Positions 26,738 through 34,865 of a stretch of DNA of 64,000 nt are shown piece by piece (within the stretch, counting starts at the first letter, position 1; each line of letters opens with the position of its first letter). Below the pieces are notes generated by a model. The model did not search any database and was not told the DNA's origin. It saw nothing but the letters and a program-made list of their open reading frames with translations. Where the stretch lies: the NCBI GenBank assembly GCA_963693095.2, contig OY843768.1, forward strand, positions 1,216,001 through 1,280,000, read 5' to 3'. This DNA is from Cenarchaeum sp. GTDB lineage: Archaea; Thermoproteota; Nitrososphaeria; Nitrososphaerales; Nitrosopumilaceae. The translations under genes and the position numbers were made by a program.

Positions 26738-27979
26738 TCAACCCCTGTTCTCCTTCATCTTGATCAGCTTGTCCAATGACCCTTGCATTGTGTCCATTGA
26801 CTGATGGAGCTTGTCAAGCGTCTCGTCGGTCTTGGCCTGCCGCTCCGCCATCTCGTCAAGCTTCTCGTCGGTCTTGGCCTGCCGCTCCGCCATCTCGTCA
26901 AGCTTCTCGTCGGTCTTGGCCTGCCGCTCCCCCATCTCGTCAAGCTTCTCGTCGGTCTTGGCCATCATGGTGGCTTGCGAGTCGACCTTCTTCTCGAGGC
27001 CCGCAATGTCCGTCCTCATCTTGCCCATCATGGTGGCTTGCGAGTCGACCTTCTTCTCGAGGCCCGCAATGTCCTCCCTCATCTCGCCCATCATGGTGGC
27101 TTGCGAGTCGACCTTCTTCTCGAGGCCCGCAATGTCCTCCCTCATCTTGCCCATCATGGTGGCTTGCGAGTCGACCTTCTTCTCGAGGCCCGCAATGTCC
27201 GTCCTCATCTTGCCCATCATGGTGGCTTGCGAGTCGACCTTCTTCTCGAGGCCCGCAATGTCCGTCCTCATCTTGCCCATCATGGTGGCTTGCGAGTCGA
27301 CCTTCTTCTCGAGGCCCGCAATGTCCGTCCTCATCTTGTCCATCGTGGAGGTATGCGAGTTGACCCTCTCCCCGAGGCCCGCCATGGCCACCCTTAGGTC
27401 GCCCATCGTGCCGGCTTGCGATTTGACCGTCTCCGCAAGCCCCTTCATGTCGGCCCTCAGGTCGCCCATCGTGCCGGCTTGCAAGGTGACCCTCTCCCCG
27501 ATAGCCGCCATGGCCGTCCCTAGCGCGGACTGCCCACCGGCGAGCCCCTTTATGTCCTCCTTTAGATCGCCCATAGTGCCGACGTGCAATTCGACCGTCG
27601 TCTTGAAGCCCGAGATGTCGGCCCTGATCTGGATAATCTCCCCCTCGCGTGTATGAGACTCGTCGCAGAGGGACTTTATCGACCCATTCTGAGAATTTAC
27701 AAGGTTGATCAAGTCTTCGAGCTTGGTATTCCGGGACGCAAAGGAGGTGTTGAGTGGCCCGATATCGTCATGGATCTTTGAGATCGCCGAGTCCACACCG
27801 CCCATGCGCCTAAGAAACTCAGTGTGGTGTTCGTCAATTATGCCGGACATGGCAGCCTGTTTCGTGTTCAGCAACTCGATGCCCGATTTGGCCCCCCATA
27901 CCGTCTTGAGGAACGCCACGACTGACGTTACCCCTCCTGTCCCAAAGGCGCCCGATGCGGCCTCTGTCATGGCGACCAT
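26738..27979 (-). CDS. 413-aa long coiled-coil repeat protein
   Basis: Heptad-based repeats and a weakly hydrophobic N-terminus. TATA TTTAAATA, with TTAAAT 28 nt before the ATG. Confidence 0.85.
   Translation of the reverse strand: MVAMTEAASGAFGTGGVTSVVAFLKTVWGAKSGIELLNTKQAAMSGIIDEHHTEFLRRMGGVDSAISKIHDDIGPLNTSFASRNTKLEDLINLVNSQNGSIKSLCDESHTREGEIIQIRADISGFKTTVELHVGTMGDLKEDIKGLAGGQSALGTAMAAIGERVTLQAGTMGDLRADMKGLAETVKSQAGTMGDLRVAMAGLGERVNSHTSTMDKMRTDIAGLEKKVDSQATMMGKMRTDIAGLEKKVDSQATMMGKMRTDIAGLEKKVDSQATMMGKMREDIAGLEKKVDSQATMMGEMREDIAGLEKKVDSQATMMGKMRTDIAGLEKKVDSQATMMAKTDEKLDEMGERQAKTDEKLDEMAERQAKTDEKLDEMAERQAKTDETLDKLHQSMDTMQGSLDKLIKMKENRG
26821..26962. repeat. 42-bp tandem repeat x3.4 (MAERQAKTDEKLDE)
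   Basis: Units start at 26821, 26863 and 26905, with a partial unit at 26947. Confidence 0.95.
26963..27340. repeat. 63-bp tandem repeat x6 (MGKMRTDIAGLEKKVDSQATM)
   Basis: Six near-identical units; degenerate copies continue to about 27580. Confidence 0.95.
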
Positions 27980-28084
27980 GCCAGTGGATAGGGCGTGGTG
28001 TATTTAAATTTAGCAGTATGATCTCACACTTGCTGGCCTGGATGCGCTAGAAGATTAAAATACGGTACGGGGTTGGCGCGAACC

Positions 28085-28126
28085 ATGAGACGGGGCACCG
28101 TTGCTGCAGGGGGCAGGCGCCGATGA
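28085..28126 (+). other. 13-aa leader ORF (MRRGTVAAGGRRR) with ATGA overlap onto 28123
   Basis: ATG lies 30 nt after TTAAAA (28055); TGA at 28124-28126. Confidence 0.45.
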
Positions 28127-28512
28127 TAAACGTGCCATGGCGCGCCCAGGTCGCCGCGGCCCTCAGGAGGGACGTGCGCCTCACGGCCATAGCGCTTGGG
28201 ATAATTGCCATGAACGGCGCAGTCGCCGTGTACTATCACCAGACTGACCGGCCGCTCATGTCACTAGTCTTTATCGCGGCGATCATCATGCTCGTCATGG
28301 TCATGGCAAAGCTCCTAAACAGCCGAATCCAGAACACGCAGGTCTCGCTCATACTGGGGTACATACAGGACAGGAACCTCATCGCCGAGTGCGCCGAGTG
28401 CCGCGTTCATGCGGCAAGCTATCTCTCCGGCGGCTTCAAGTGGGGCGCTTATCGCGCGTGGGCCGCGCACATTGAGGAAAAGCACGAGCGCCACGTCGAG
28501 TATGGCATCTAG
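28123..28512 (+). CDS. 2-TM membrane protein with C-terminal CxxC...HxxxxH motif
   Basis: Two hydrophobic helices, then CAEC...HIEEKH. Confidence 0.65.
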   Translation: MINVPWRAQVAAALRRDVRLTAIALGIIAMNGAVAVYYHQTDRPLMSLVFIAAIIMLVMVMAKLLNSRIQNTQVSLILGYIQDRNLIAECAECRVHAASYLSGGFKWGAYRAWAAHIEEKHERHVEYGI

Positions 28513-28561
28513 GGCGCTGTCCCCTTTAGGTTAAAATGGAGCCGTGCGCAGGCAGCGCGCA

Positions 28562-28585
28562 ATGCGCACGCGGGCCGGTCTCTGA
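28562..28585 (+). other. 7-aa leader ORF (MRTRAGL) with TGATG overlap onto the top6A start
   Basis: ATG lies 31 nt after TTAAAA (28531); TGA 28583-28585 shares its A with ATG 28585. Confidence 0.5.
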
Positions 28586-29682
28586 TGGCTTCCAAAAAGA
28601 AGGCATTTAGCGCCAAGGAGCGCCAAGAGTCGCTGATTGCGCTCTTGAGGAGGCAGGGCGAGATTATATATTCCGAGCTCGACGCAGGCGAGTTTCCAAA
28701 GTTCTCGATACCTAGCCGGTCCGTCTCAAACATAACGTACGACAAGGCCCTGCGCCAGTATATCCTCGGGGCCGGAGCCGCCGTGCGCAGCTCGCGCAAC
28801 ACGTCACAGCTACGATCCTTCACGCAGCTCATGTGGCTTGCGTTCTTTGCAAACCGCCTCACGCAGGAGAAAAAGTCCTCGACTCTTCGTGATGTCTACT
28901 ATTCGTCACAGGCCTTTGAGATCGACTTTGACAACCAGTCCGAGTCTGACAATATCATCGTCGATCTCGAGGCCATGCTCTCGCGCGCGCGCGAAGAGTT
29001 TCACATATTTCCCGAGGAGCGCAGCGCCGTCTTTGGCGACCTCGACATAGAGTATACTGTTCCCGGATACGAGGGCAAGAGGATGAACCTCTCAAACCAT
29101 CCTGACGGGTATGCAGTCGGACCTAGCCTGACTACTGCCGAGCTAGTCGAGACTAGCGCCGAGCTCGTCATTGCCATAGAAAAGGGCGGCCTCTTTACTA
29201 GGTTTGTCGAGGAGAAAGTCCACTCGCGCTTCAAGTCCATAATCGTCGACACTGGCGGGCAGGCCCCGCGCTCTACTCGCACGCTATTGCGCAGGCTCCA
29301 TGAGGAGCTCGGCCTGCCTGTCATAATACTCACTGATGGTGACGTTTATGGCGAGCACATTGCGATGGTCATAAAGTCCGGCTCGGCCAACGCCGCGCAC
29401 CTGCGCGAGCTCACGGTTCCGGACGCAAAGTGGATGGGAGTCTGGGCCACTGACATTGAAAAGCACAAGCTTCCCACGATACCGATGACAGAGGCCGACA
29501 TAAAGCGCTGCCACGACCTACGGCGCGATCCGCGCTACCAAAAGGGCATATGGAAGCGCGAGCTGGAAGAGTTTCTGAGGATAAAGCGCAAGGCCGAGCT
29601 AGAGGCGTTCTCAAAGTACGGCCTGACGAACATTACTGACAAGTACCTGCCGGCAAAGATCGAGGAATCAAGAAGCCTCTGA
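28585..29682 (+). CDS. top6A: DNA topoisomerase VI subunit A
   Basis: STLRDVYY (catalytic Tyr), IEKGG, GQAPRSTR, TOPRIM TDGDVYG and KAELEAF. Confidence 0.97.
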   Translation: MASKKKAFSAKERQESLIALLRRQGEIIYSELDAGEFPKFSIPSRSVSNITYDKALRQYILGAGAAVRSSRNTSQLRSFTQLMWLAFFANRLTQEKKSSTLRDVYYSSQAFEIDFDNQSESDNIIVDLEAMLSRAREEFHIFPEERSAVFGDLDIEYTVPGYEGKRMNLSNHPDGYAVGPSLTTAELVETSAELVIAIEKGGLFTRFVEEKVHSRFKSIIVDTGGQAPRSTRTLLRRLHEELGLPVIILTDGDVYGEHIAMVIKSGSANAAHLRELTVPDAKWMGVWATDIEKHKLPTIPMTEADIKRCHDLRRDPRYQKGIWKRELEEFLRIKRKAELEAFSKYGLTNITDKYLPAKIEESRSL

Positions 29683-30141
29683 TGGGCCTATGCGCAGCGT
29701 CAGGACGCCGTTGCGGTACTTGAAGTCGTTAATCTCCATCCCGTCTGCGCCGTCTATTGGGACCTCCTTTGAAAATCCCCCGCTGCCGCGTATGTGGAGC
29801 GTCGCGCCGACTAGCCTGACTTCGATCCTAGAGTCCGGTCCGGGCACCTCGGCGACAAAGATGAACTTTTGTCCGTCCTTTATCAGGTCATAGACCCAGT
29901 TCTTTGTCTCGTGCTCCCTGCCTGCGGCAAACGTCGGCTTTTTGTCCTTTGCTATCCCCTTGAGGTGGTGGACCCAGTAGACCATCGTGATCGACGCCGC
30001 ACCGATGAGGACAAAGCTCGCAAAGCTTGCGCCAAACCTCTGCGAGAGCACATAGATGATCCCGACCATGAGGACGACTAGAACCGCGATGGCAAAGCCC
30101 ATCGACTGCTCATTGGAGTAGGTGCCCTTGTAGCTTGACAA
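29668..30141 (-). CDS. Membrane-anchored Hsp20/alpha-crystallin family protein
   Basis: Two N-terminal TMs, then WVYDLI..VAEVPG...YRNGVLTLRI. TATA TTTATAT at 30173 supports the TTG start at 30141. Confidence 0.85.
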   Translation of the reverse strand: MSSYKGTYSNEQSMGFAIAVLVVLMVGIIYVLSQRFGASFASFVLIGAASITMVYWVHHLKGIAKDKKPTFAAGREHETKNWVYDLIKDGQKFIFVAEVPGPDSRIEVRLVGATLHIRGSGGFSKEVPIDGADGMEINDFKYRNGVLTLRIGPSEAS

Positions 30142-30255
30142 CGCGTGCGCGTGGTCGCGCCCAACAATATAAAGCGTTGCCGAGGCGGCCATGCGCCGGC
30201 CCTGTTGGGGGGTCTTGGCGCCGATCCGGGCCCTGCTGGTGGGTCTCCTGCGCCC

Positions 30256-30771
30256 CTAGGTGCGCATCACGCGCTCGTAGCTGAGCCGCTCCCAAGCCTT
30301 GTCGTTCCGCCTACGGTATGCCTCGTAGCCTGCCCTTAGGCGCTCCATGTACTCCTCGTGCCGTTCCGTGCATGCGTCGCGCTCGGCTTGGATCCACCCC
30401 ACGCGGGCGTCATGCGCGGCGCTGATTCTATCCCATGTGGCAGAGTGCTCATCAAGGCTTTGCCCCTCGCGCCTTGCGCCATCGGTGTCGAGGCGCGCCA
30501 TGTAGTCCTTGTGCTCGTCGTCGAGTCGCTCGCAATACTTGTCGTAGCGTTTCCTGTATGCCTCAGACTCGGCATCAGAGAGCTCCGTATACTCCTCGCG
30601 CCGCTCTGTGCTCTCCGCACTCAGGGCTTTGCGCCGCGCCGCGTACTCCTTGCGCACCTTATCAGCCCGGCGGCTCATCAAGTACAAAGAGATAAGAATT
30701 GCGAAGCAGCCAACCCACGCAACGAGTGTGAGGTCCAGGTTACCCGCCGTGCCGAGTGCCTCTTCGACCAC
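30256..30771 (-). CDS. N-terminal TM plus coiled-coil protein
   Basis: TM LTLVAWVGCFAILISLYLM followed by a charged helical body. Carries the shared promoter motif. Confidence 0.75.
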   Translation of the reverse strand: MVEEALGTAGNLDLTLVAWVGCFAILISLYLMSRRADKVRKEYAARRKALSAESTERREEYTELSDAESEAYRKRYDKYCERLDDEHKDYMARLDTDGARREGQSLDEHSATWDRISAAHDARVGWIQAERDACTERHEEYMERLRAGYEAYRRRNDKAWERLSYERVMRT

Positions 30772-30785
30772 GCCACCCCCTAGCC

Positions 30786-30808
30786 AATTTTTAATTTAAG
30801 TGTATTCG
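30786..30808 (-). promoter_or_regulatory. Promoter motif CGAAT-ACAC-TTAAATTAAAAATT
   Basis: GTG start 28 nt after TTAAAT; matches the copies at 18292 and 31587. Confidence 0.75.
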
Positions 30809-30989
30809 CCACGCCTAGGGTGGTCAGCGCCCTCCTGCCCGCTCACGCCACGCTAGGCGCCGTTGTGGCCCAGGGCCGGCAGGATGCGCCCATTTGGCCC
30901 TGATGGGCAGTGTGGGCGTGCTGATATAATGCACGCCTAGGCACGAGATCGGCGCCTAGCGCCCACATGGGCCTACACCGAGTCGCACC

Positions 30990-31550
30990 CTAGTCCGTGT
31001 CGTCAGGCTCCGGCATGGCCGGTTTGGGCACGACCTGCCTGTACGTGGGGCGCATGGACATGAAATTGAAAAACCTGTGCAGCTCCTCAAAGCGGCCGTC
31101 GAGGCGCGCCATGCCGTTGCTGATCTTCCCCATTCCTTCGTGGACCTTGTCCATCTCCTCCTTGCGCTCCTTGCGGTCGTCCATGCGCTGCTTGTTGTGC
31201 TCCTTGCGGTCGGCCTCGCGCTGCTTGTTGCGCTCCTTGCGGTCGGCCTCGCGCTGCTCATCGCGCTCCTTGCGGTCGTCCATGCGCTGCTCAGCGCGCT
31301 CCTTGATGTCGTCCACGCGCTCCTTGTTGCGGCTGGCGATCTCGCCGTCGAGGCGGACGCACAGCTCGTCGACGCGCTCGCACACCCTGTCGATGGAACC
31401 CTTGAGCTCCTCGCGATCGGCCTTGCGCTCCTTTCTGCCCTCACGGGCGCTCTTTTTGGCCTCATAGACGACGTACGCGGCGATTCCGGCGATCGAGGCG
31501 ATCACAGGGGCGAAGGCCGTGAACGTCTCGGTGAGCGTCTCGTGGATCAC
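30990..31550 (-). CDS. N-terminal TM plus 11-residue-repeat coiled-coil protein
   Basis: TM FAPVIASIAGIAAYVVY; repeats EADRKERNKQR and MDDRKERDEQR (33-bp units at about 31160-31300). Confidence 0.8.
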   Translation of the reverse strand: MIHETLTETFTAFAPVIASIAGIAAYVVYEAKKSAREGRKERKADREELKGSIDRVCERVDELCVRLDGEIASRNKERVDDIKERAEQRMDDRKERDEQREADRKERNKQREADRKEHNKQRMDDRKERKEEMDKVHEGMGKISNGMARLDGRFEELHRFFNFMSMRPTYRQVVPKPAMPEPDDTD

Positions 31551-31564
31551 ACCACCCCCTGAGC

Positions 31565-31587
31565 AATTTTCAATTTAAGCATATTCG
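31565..31587 (-). promoter_or_regulatory. Promoter motif CGAAT-ATGC-TTAAATTGAAAATT
   Basis: GTG start 28 nt after TTAAAT, preceded by AGGGGGTGG as at 30771. Confidence 0.75.
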
Positions 31588-31709
31588 CCGAGTCGCCCGA
31601 GGCGCCATGCGTCACCAGAATGCCTGATATCGGCGTCCTGCGGGGCCATGGGCGGCGGATCTGCGCATAAAATGGCCGGATATGGGCGCACTAGCTGCGG
31701 ATCTGCGCG

Positions 31710-34700
31710 CTAGCCTTCCGTGCTCTCGTCGTCGTCCTCGGCGGGGCGCATCTCGGGATAGAGCTCTAGCATGGCTAGCTCGGCGAGGTTTATCTCACTC
31801 GCAATCCTCTCCTGCAGGCGCTCAAGATACACCTGGCGGTCCTCGGGCTCCGGCGAGGCGACGTACGGGGGCTCGGCCTCAGGCAGCGCGACTTTGATGC
31901 CCATGAGGCGCAGGTACTCCTCGGCGATGGCCTGCTCCTTTTCGAGAATCTCATCAAAGAGTGCGGTCCCGCGCGAGGCGCCATGCGAGGTCAGGCGGTT
32001 CTCCTCGTACATTGACTCATCGACGTCATGGTGGAGCGAGGCGAGGTTGCGCAGCGGCGCATACGTCCCGTCAGGCGTGAGGCGGTACACGCGGTACTCG
32101 TCATCGAGCATGTACGTCACGTGGCGCGCGTCATAGTCGATTATCCCGTCAGCGTCATCATCGACGTGGCCCGCGAGGAGCGGGTATAGCGTTAGCGTGC
32201 CGCCGTTGACCTCGATGCCGTGGCTCGGGTTTAGCGACTCGCCGGTGACGTGAACTCCGTGGTTGAAAAAGTTCTGCCACGAGTTGCGCCTGTCATCCCA
32301 GACCATCGTCGAGACGACGTCAAACTCTAGTGGCTCGCGGAACGTGTGCGATATCGTGACAATGAGGCACTCGGCAGACGATCCTGGCATGCACTCGCCC
32401 ACAACTGACTCTGCGCGCAGCGTCGTGATGTCAATGGCCGATGCCGGATCGTCAAGCGAGACTGTCGGCTCGCCGCTAAATGGCAGGCTTACCCTAATCT
32501 CTGCCTGTGACTCTGAAAAGTGCTGCCCGCGCGTGAGGCCAAAGCCCAGGCCGACGTGGCGCACGTTCTGCGGTCCAGTGTCCTCAAAGACCTTGATGAC
32601 AGCCGTGTTCTCCTGTCCCGTCTCCACCGTGATTAGCGGGAGCGGCGTGTAATAGTACTCGGCGTCTATCGTGTCGGCATTGTACGAGAATCCGCCTGCG
32701 ACCCTGCGCACGCCGGTGCTGTCTATGCCTAGCGTCGGCGGCGTGCAGTCATCGCACCCGTCGCCTCCGCCGCCCACGCGTATGCCTTGCGAGCTGCCGC
32801 CAAACTGCGTAAAGTGGGTCGTCCAGATGATAATGTCCCCGCCGTCGCGCACGTGGCACTCGGCTGCGAGTGCCTCTGTTTCGGCGTTGGCCAGGGTCGG
32901 CGGCGTCTCGGCGTCAACGTCGCCGTCGCACTCGGATATCGCAGTAACTCGCAGGCGGTCCTCGCCGGCCACGTAGAGCGTGTCTCCGTCCTGGACTGCC
33001 TCCATGTAGAAGATGTGGTCTGACTCGGCCACGCCATCAAGCCTGATCAGGACAGGCTTTGAGAAGAGGACCGACTCGGCATCAGACCTCTTGCCCAGCG
33101 TGACTAGGGTCTCCGGCTCACTCGAGGTGATTGCGCGCGCTGCGCGCTCGTTGGCCGTCTGTGCTGCCTCGTCGGTGGCATCAAGTGCGCCGTGGTACGT
33201 CACGTCAGCAGGGCGGCGCGCGAGCTCGGCGAGGAGCGTGCCCGGCGAGACGCCCTCGTCTGTCATGCCGAGCGCGTTGATCACGGTCCCGCCAAATATC
33301 GTGACTTCAGAGCGCCCGAGGCGAATCGTGATGTCAGCGTCAATCGTGCTGTCATCGTCTGTCGTCATGGGATCGCCATCGTCCAAGAGGTCGTCGACTA
33401 GGAGCGTGACAGGCGCCCTGAGCCTGCCGCGATCATCAGGTGCGCTGATCGTGATGGGGAGCGCGCCGCTTGCCGGCACGACTAGAATGTCTGACTCGAT
33501 CTCCCCGTCCTCGTTGATCGTGACCTCTTGTGGCGCAAACGCGTTGCCGGCAAGGTCGGTGATGCCGGCCTCTATCGTGAATATGTACGTGCCCGGCTCT
33601 AGCGCGGGGTCGTACGTCGCAGTCGCGTCGCTTGCCGGAATCGGATCTTCACCCATAATTTGTTCCGGCCTGATCTCCAGCGCGACTGACGGGTCTGTGG
33701 CGCCATCTGGCGTAGAGTCGGCACTCGCAGAGACATCGCCCGTGCCGGTGACGTCCTCGGAGAAGGCGAACTGGACGGTATTTGATGACGTTCTCAGTAC
33801 GGCCTCGATGCTCGGCATGTTGACGTCCACGCGAACCGGCGGATCGTTGGTCTGGTCCTCTTCTGTGAACGTCGCCTCGTTGAGGATGCTCACGGCGTCA
33901 TAGGCTATGATGGTGAACTCTAGAGGCCCGTCGCGCGTCCTCGAGTCGGGCACGGCGATGTCAGCTGATGTGGCCGTCATGTCGCCGTTGCTCAGTGTCA
34001 TCGCCTCATTCTCCGCGTTTAGCGCCGTGATCCTCGGCGCCGCTCCAGCCGAGGACGGCTCGGAGAGCTCTAGCGTGACGCGTATTGCGTCACCCTCGCC
34101 GGCAATGTGCTCATAGGCTCCGGTCTTTGGCACCCTTGGCGTGGCGTCATCGAGGACCACTACTGTGAGCGTGACGATCTCTGGCGGCGCGCCGTCGGCG
34201 ACTCCGCGGACCGCCGTGCCGTCTGCCAGGGCGTTGGCCGCCGGTGAGGCGTCAGTAATATCAGATGACTCGCCTGCCGGCACACGGTATCCCACCGTCT
34301 GCGGGACAGCAGCCGTGTCAGCGGATCCCCATCCGGTCGCCGGCTTATAGTCTGATGGGAGCGTGAGCGTGAGCGTGAGGCCGTTTAGCGTGGCTGAGGC
34401 AAACGTTGTGCTTGCCCCGTCGAGCTCGGCGCTCGTGGGCGGGTCGGCGACCGAGTCATAGTGGAACCAGCGCGAGGCGTCAGGCCCGTCGTCGGCTGCG
34501 GTGACATCCTCGTCAAATGTCACCGTGAGCGTTCTCGAGCTCGCAGTGGCCGGCGTGAATAGCGGGGCCAGGCCGTCAGCAGCTATCACTGCGCGATCGG
34601 ATATGGGACGCATGTTGACCGTCGAGATTATGGGCGTCGCGCCGTCTGCCGTCGGCGCCCTGTACGCCACGAGAGGCATCGCGCCCGAGTTCGGCGCGAC

Positions 34701-34865
34701 GTATGCGAGGTATATCGTGTTGGGCTCGGGCTCGGCCCCATCTGAGCATATGTCGACCATGTTGACAAGCGCCTGTACCACGGGGTCTGCGCCGACCGTG
34801 CAGACTGCCGAGAGCGAGGCTGCAGCCGCGCCGCGGTCCCGTCGGGATCCACGCCGATGAACCAC
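31710..34865 (-). CDS. C-terminal part of the giant surface protein (frameshifted continuation)
   Basis: Same Ig-like repeats (TFDEDV, DLAGNAF), then IIWTTHFTQFG, GGGDGCDDCTPPTLG and a thaumarchaeal-type C-terminal domain. No signal peptide or promoter of its own. Confidence 0.8.
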   Translation of the reverse strand: MVHRRGSRRDRGAAAASLSAVCTVGADPVVQALVNMVDICSDGAEPEPNTIYLAYVAPNSGAMPLVAYRAPTADGATPIISTVNMRPISDRAVIAADGLAPLFTPATASSRTLTVTFDEDVTAADDGPDASRWFHYDSVADPPTSAELDGASTTFASATLNGLTLTLTLPSDYKPATGWGSADTAAVPQTVGYRVPAGESSDITDASPAANALADGTAVRGVADGAPPEIVTLTVVVLDDATPRVPKTGAYEHIAGEGDAIRVTLELSEPSSAGAAPRITALNAENEAMTLSNGDMTATSADIAVPDSRTRDGPLEFTIIAYDAVSILNEATFTEEDQTNDPPVRVDVNMPSIEAVLRTSSNTVQFAFSEDVTGTGDVSASADSTPDGATDPSVALEIRPEQIMGEDPIPASDATATYDPALEPGTYIFTIEAGITDLAGNAFAPQEVTINEDGEIESDILVVPASGALPITISAPDDRGRLRAPVTLLVDDLLDDGDPMTTDDDSTIDADITIRLGRSEVTIFGGTVINALGMTDEGVSPGTLLAELARRPADVTYHGALDATDEAAQTANERAARAITSSEPETLVTLGKRSDAESVLFSKPVLIRLDGVAESDHIFYMEAVQDGDTLYVAGEDRLRVTAISECDGDVDAETPPTLANAETEALAAECHVRDGGDIIIWTTHFTQFGGSSQGIRVGGGGDGCDDCTPPTLGIDSTGVRRVAGGFSYNADTIDAEYYYTPLPLITVETGQENTAVIKVFEDTGPQNVRHVGLGFGLTRGQHFSESQAEIRVSLPFSGEPTVSLDDPASAIDITTLRAESVVGECMPGSSAECLIVTISHTFREPLEFDVVSTMVWDDRRNSWQNFFNHGVHVTGESLNPSHGIEVNGGTLTLYPLLAGHVDDDADGIIDYDARHVTYMLDDEYRVYRLTPDGTYAPLRNLASLHHDVDESMYEENRLTSHGASRGTALFDEILEKEQAIAEEYLRLMGIKVALPEAEPPYVASPEPEDRQVYLERLQERIASEINLAELAMLELYPEMRPAEDDDESTEG

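Noticed and set aside
26821-27340. Possible CRISPR or iteron array
   Set aside because: Spacer-less 42- and 63-bp coding repeats matching heptad multiples.
1929-28512. Intact ICE or provirus
   Set aside because: No integrase, relaxase, replication or capsid gene, tRNA target or flanking direct repeat was found.
28585-29682. Stand-alone Spo11-like defence nuclease
   Set aside because: The sequence is a canonical full-length Top6A; Top6B is most likely encoded elsewhere in the genome.
31655-31708. 12-bp direct repeat GCGGATCTGCGC (31655 and 31697)
   Set aside because: Short, GC-rich and only 30 bp apart; cannot be distinguished from chance or a micro-duplication.
34815-34865. Programmed -1 ribosomal frameshift
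   Set aside because: No X XXY YYZ slippery site is visible; an indel is the simpler explanation.
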